This document shows positions 59,631 to 64,000 of a stretch of DNA of 64,000 bases, one piece after another. Made by a program: the position numbers and the translations under genes. The stretch lies in NCBI RefSeq assembly GCF_963921235.1, contig NC_086097.1, forward strand, positions 180,856,001 to 180,920,000, in the 5' to 3' direction. Source of the stretch: Mobula hypostoma (Eukaryota). The stretch's first letter is position 1. Every line of letters starts with the position of its first letter. A model generated the notes under the pieces. That model saw only the letters and a list, made by a program, of their open reading frames with translations, searched no databases and had not been told where the DNA came from.

Positions 59631-62089
59631 CTGCAGGAAAATAATTAAGAATTAGAACAATAAACTCTGGCATATTCTCCCCATGTCAAGCCCTGGAAAC
59701 TATGTAGGAAAATGAGAATGGGCTACCATACCTCTCCCTGTCCATGCACCCAGAGAATTCAGCCACATAGCAGCTGAGAAGGAAATTCATGACATAGATA
59801 GTAAGGAAAAAATCCAAGATAAAAGTAATGCCAAACACTAACAGAACAAAAGCCACAACACACTTAGTATTTCTCCTCTTCCCCAAGACCACGCTACTCA
59901 TCTACTCCTTCAATAGAATTCCCACTAACACCTGGGGCCTAGATGATGCAATCACTCACTGCACAAAGTGGTTTACTTCAGGCTCTGTAGTATGTAACGA
60001 CGACAGTTGTGATCATGTTGTGGTAAGAAAAAAATATGCCCTTTATTGAGATATGAAGAAACAGACTGTCCTCTAGGGCAGAGTAACCTTGGAATATGGC
60101 TGTTGTAACTTGTTCCAAGTCAGCCATTCAAAAGAAGAATGACCAACATTTCTGAACACTATTTTCAGTGTATGTCTAAGCAGTGGTACAATCTTAGAAT
60201 CCCACCACACACTAGGTCAGCAAGTGGTTGCTTAAGATGTGGGAATAGCCTAAAGCACACTGTATGGTAGTGGTCACCAACCTTTTTAAGCCCAAGATCC
60301 CCTATCTTGACCTTAGTGAAAAGCAAGATCTAAATCGTTTAGAGAAAAATACAGCTCAGATTGTACTTCCAATTTGAGGCCTTTTATTTGGGCTATTTGT
60401 ATTTGAATCACACAAAATACTTTTGTCAAACTTTCAAATTAATTCAAACAAGAAAATACCAACTAGCATATCAAACAGGCCATAGCTGTCTTTAAGAATA
60501 TTACAATACTTCACACCTTTAATTCTAAGTTTCATTATTTAATTTTATTTCAACATGAAAAATAAATGAATAAAAATTGACTGTTGCACTCAGTGTGATG
60601 ACTGGGGCTGAATACTTTCTGCTAGTTTCTGAAATTTGGCTCATAACTACAGACAGCCAGTCTGAGACAGTCTGTGAGGTGTCTGCTAGTAAGACAGCTC
60701 CTGTACTTCGATTTAATAATTTTCATCTGTGAAAATGCAATTTCACATAGATAAGTTGACCCGAACTAGGCACCGACTTTTATTGCTATAAAACCAACGC
60801 GCACACCGCGCATTGCTGGGGCCCCATCAGTAGTAATTGCCACCAGTTTATGAATGGGGATGTCATCTTCACGGACATATTTTTTAAACTCATTGTAAAT
60901 ACCCTCACCTCTCACTCTCTCCTTTAATTGCAAAAGAGTGAGGAAGTCCTCCTTTGTTGTAAAATCCTGGAAAGCCATTCTGACAAATACAACAAGCTGA
61001 GCTGTTTGCATTGCATCCAGGGATTCATCGAACTGTAGTAAAAAATATTCACAGAATGACAAGTCGATCCACGTCCTCTCACAGTGACTCTACCCTCCTT
61101 GTCACTGTTGCAGGGCCAAGCGGTATATTATATATTGCAGTTGTGATGTCGTTTTTGTTTTTGAAGTCATTAAAAAGTCTCTGCGGTAATGGCCATTGCT
61201 TCCTTGAATAAATCGCCACCTGTAAAAGGCTTCTTGTGTTTAGCCAAAAGGTGACTTACACGAAATGATGTTTCAATCGCAGCCTTATTTTGAGCAGCAT
61301 GTTTTGTGAAAAACGATTGCTGGGCGTTCAGCCCCGATTTCAGCTCCTCAACTTTCCTGGCACGAATTGCGCTCTTTGGGGGGTAGGTGTCTTTAAATTT
61401 CTGGTGGTTGGTGTTGTGGTGCCGCTCCAGAGTCCCTCTTTTAGTCAGTGCTTATGTTTGGTGGCACAACCTACATACACACTTGTCTTTCATAGTCATA
61501 GTCACAGTCATACTTTATTGATCCCTGGGGAAATTGGTTTTCGTTACAGTTGCACCATAAATAATAAATAGTAATAGAACCATAAATAGTTAAATAGTTA
61601 AACAGTAATATGTAAATTATGCCAGTAAATTATGAAATAAGTCCAGGACCAGACTATCGGCTCAGGGTGTCTGACCCTCCAAGGGAGGAGCTGTAAAGTT
61701 TGATGGCCACAGGCAGGAATGACTTCCTATGATGCTCTGTGCTGCATCTCGGTGGAATGGGTCTCTGGCTGAATGTACTCCTGTGCCCACCCAGTACATT
61801 ATGTAGTGGATGGGAGACATTGACCAAGATGGCATGCAACTTAAGACAGCATCCTCTTTTCAGACACCACCGTGAGAGAGTCCAGTTCCATCCCTACAAC
61901 ATCAATGGCCTTACGAATGAGTTTGTTGATTCTGTTGGTGTCTGCTACCCTCAGCCTGCTGCCCCAGCACACAACAGCAAACATGATCGCACTGGCCACC
62001 ACAGACTTGTAGAACATCCTCAGCCTCGTCCGGCAGATGTTAAAGGACCTCAGTCTCCTCAAGAAATAGAGACGTCTCTGATCCTTCTT

Positions 62090-63265
62090 AAACAACAGGA
62101 ATTCTGCAGATGCTGGAAATTCAAGCAACATACATCAAAGTTGCTGGTGAACGCAGCAGGCCAAGCAGCATCTATAGGAAGAGGCGCAGTCGACGTTTCA
62201 GGCCGAGACCCTTCGTCAGGACTAACTGAAGGAAGAGTGAGTAAGGGATTTGAAAGCTGGAGGGGGAGGGGGAGATGCAAAATGATAGGAGAAGGCAGGA
62301 GGGGGAGGGATAGAGCCGAGAGCTGGACAGGTGATAGGCAAAAGGGGATACGAGAGGATCATGGGACAGGAGGCCTAGGGAGAAAGACGGGGGGGGGGTG
62401 ACCCAGAGGATGGGCAAGAGGTATATTCAGAGGGACAGAGGGAGAAAAAGGAGAGTGAGAGAAAGAATGTGTGCATAAAAAGGAGTAACAGCTGGGGTAC
62501 GAGGGGGAGGTGGGGCCTAGCGGAAGTTAGAGAAGTCAATGTTCATGCCATCAGGTTGGAGGCTACCCAGACGGAATATAAGGTGTTGTTCCTCCAACCT
62601 GAGTGTGGCTTCATCTTTACAGTAGAGGAGGCCGTGGATAGACATGTCAGAATGGGAATGGGATGTGGAATTAAAATGTGTGGCCACTGGGAGATCCTGC
62701 TTTCTCTGGCGGACAGAGCGTAGATGTTCAGCAAAGCGGTCTCCCAGTCCGCGTCGGGTCTCACCAATATATAAAAGGCCACATCGGGAGCACCGGACGC
62801 AGTATATCACCCCAGTCGACTCACAGGTGAAGTGATGCCTCACCTGGAAGGACTGTTTGGGGCCCTGAATGGTGGTAAGGGAGGAAGTGTAAGGGCATGT
62901 GTAGCACTTGTTCCGCTTACACGGATAAGTGCCAGGAGGGAGAGCAGTGGGGAGGGATGGGGGGGACGAATGGACAAGGGAGTTGTGTAGGGAGCGATCC
63001 CTGCGGAATGCAGAGAGAGGGGGGGAGGGAAAGATGTGCTTAGTGGTGGGATCCTGTTGGAGGTGGCGGAAGTTACGGAGAATAATATGTTGGACCCGGA
63101 GGCTGGTGGGGTGGTAGGTGAGGACCAGGGGAACCCTATTCCTAGTGGGGTGGTGGGAGGATGGAGTGAGAGCAGATGTACGTGAAATGGAGGAGATGCG
63201 TTTAAGAGCAGAGTTGATAGTGGAGGAAGGGAAGCCCCTTTCTTTAAAAAATGAAAAATAAAAAA
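62090..63265 (-). mobile_element. Young 5'-truncated Penelope-like element with open GIY-YIG domain
   Basis: 11-bp TSD tgatccttctt (62079-62089, 63266-63276); VPLVLTYHP...CKRNKCYTC...GVIYCVRCSRCGLLYIGET. Confidence 0.94.
62188..62223 (-). ncRNA. Minimal type I hammerhead ribozyme
   Basis: Identical to 29695-29730. Confidence 0.82.
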
Positions 63266-64000
63266 TGATCCTTCTTGTAGGCAGCCTCAGTGTTCTTAGA
63301 CCAGTCCAGTTTATTGTCAGTTCGTATCCCCAGGTATTTGTAATCCTCCACCATCCTTTCACCAAGGTAAACAGAAATTCCTCTTCCCATTCTGGATGGA
63401 ATTTGTACGTCTTCACCTTCTTTCGTGAAGCCTCCGCCATACTATCAGGATATCACGAACGATTGCCGATTGAGTCGCCTCTGATCTGGGCTGACATTTA
63501 CGTGCCGGGCGGCACCTAATTAATTAGCTGATTTATTTCGGCTTTTTTCTTAAAGGTGTGCTGGGTGCATTCCAACTACCGCTGCATTCTTCGCAGCAAT
63601 GTATCGGTCCGCGGCCCGGAGGTTGGGGACCACTGCTGTATATTGATGTTTGCGACAGTCTGTACTCTTATCTAATCTAATCGGTCACTTTGATGCAGCA
63701 CAAGCTACGCTGAAAACACGGTATATGGTGGGGGAGCTACACACATGCGCACTGGGCAGAAAGAATGGAACTAAAACCCCGCAACCCGGAAACAATCTCT
63801 CTTTACAAACAGCTTTCAGTACCAAAAGTATTGCTATATTACCATTATCCTAATTAGGATTACTTATTTTTATAATGCTCATATTACAACAATATTTGTG
63901 TATTTATTTTTAATTTTTTTTCCGGCATCAACTGGGAAAGATCCACTGGTCGATCACGATCGACAGGTTGGTGACCACTACTGCATGGGATAATATACAA

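Larger units (their letters stand above)
61493..63355 (-). mobile_element. Rex-Babar-type LINE 3' fragment inside the hAT
   Basis: TSD ctttca (61487-61492, 63356-63361); QRRLYFLRRLRSFNIC...FAVVCWG; (tatgac)n tail. Confidence 0.88.
60268..63980 (-). mobile_element. hAT DNA transposon (GTF2IRD2/Charlie-like), internally deleted, with nested retroelements
   Basis: 16-bp TIR tagtggtcaccaacct / aggttggtgaccacta; 8-bp TSD ctgtatgg / ctgcatgg; DESLD..AQLVVFVR, ITTDGAPAM, FGSTYLCE motifs. Confidence 0.92.

Noticed and set aside
61739..62401. 220-aa + strand ORF
   Set aside because: Antisense read across the Rex/Penelope junction with no domain

Overview
Repeat-rich vertebrate genomic DNA, most likely from a cartilaginous fish (inferred from CR1 dominance, HE1/V-SINE-like elements and Penelope terminal repeats). 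There are two minus-strand protein-coding genes. One is a complete six-coding-exon, RING-less TRIM-like gene (B-box2, coiled coil, PRY-SPRY; 428 aa; 37720->560) with a 28-kb first intron. The other is the last six coding exons of ABCF2 (59630->48566). The rest is transposable elements: young and old CR1 LINEs (one full length with both ORFs open), Penelope-like elements, Rex-Babar-type LINE pieces, hAT and Harbinger DNA transposons, a solo LTR and SINEs, often nested with readable target-site duplications (TSDs). The most notable signals are RNA-level: an HDV-like ribozyme fold at the 5' end of a 529-bp RTE-derived short element, minimal hammerhead ribozymes in Penelope ends, and a U_UUA_AAC -1 frameshift heptamer at the CR1 ORF1/ORF2 junction in three copies. 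A chimeric ORF also fuses a hAT transposase N-terminus to a GIY-YIG nuclease. All analysis was by eye; family names are from recognition, not database searches, and boundaries of decayed repeats are approximate.
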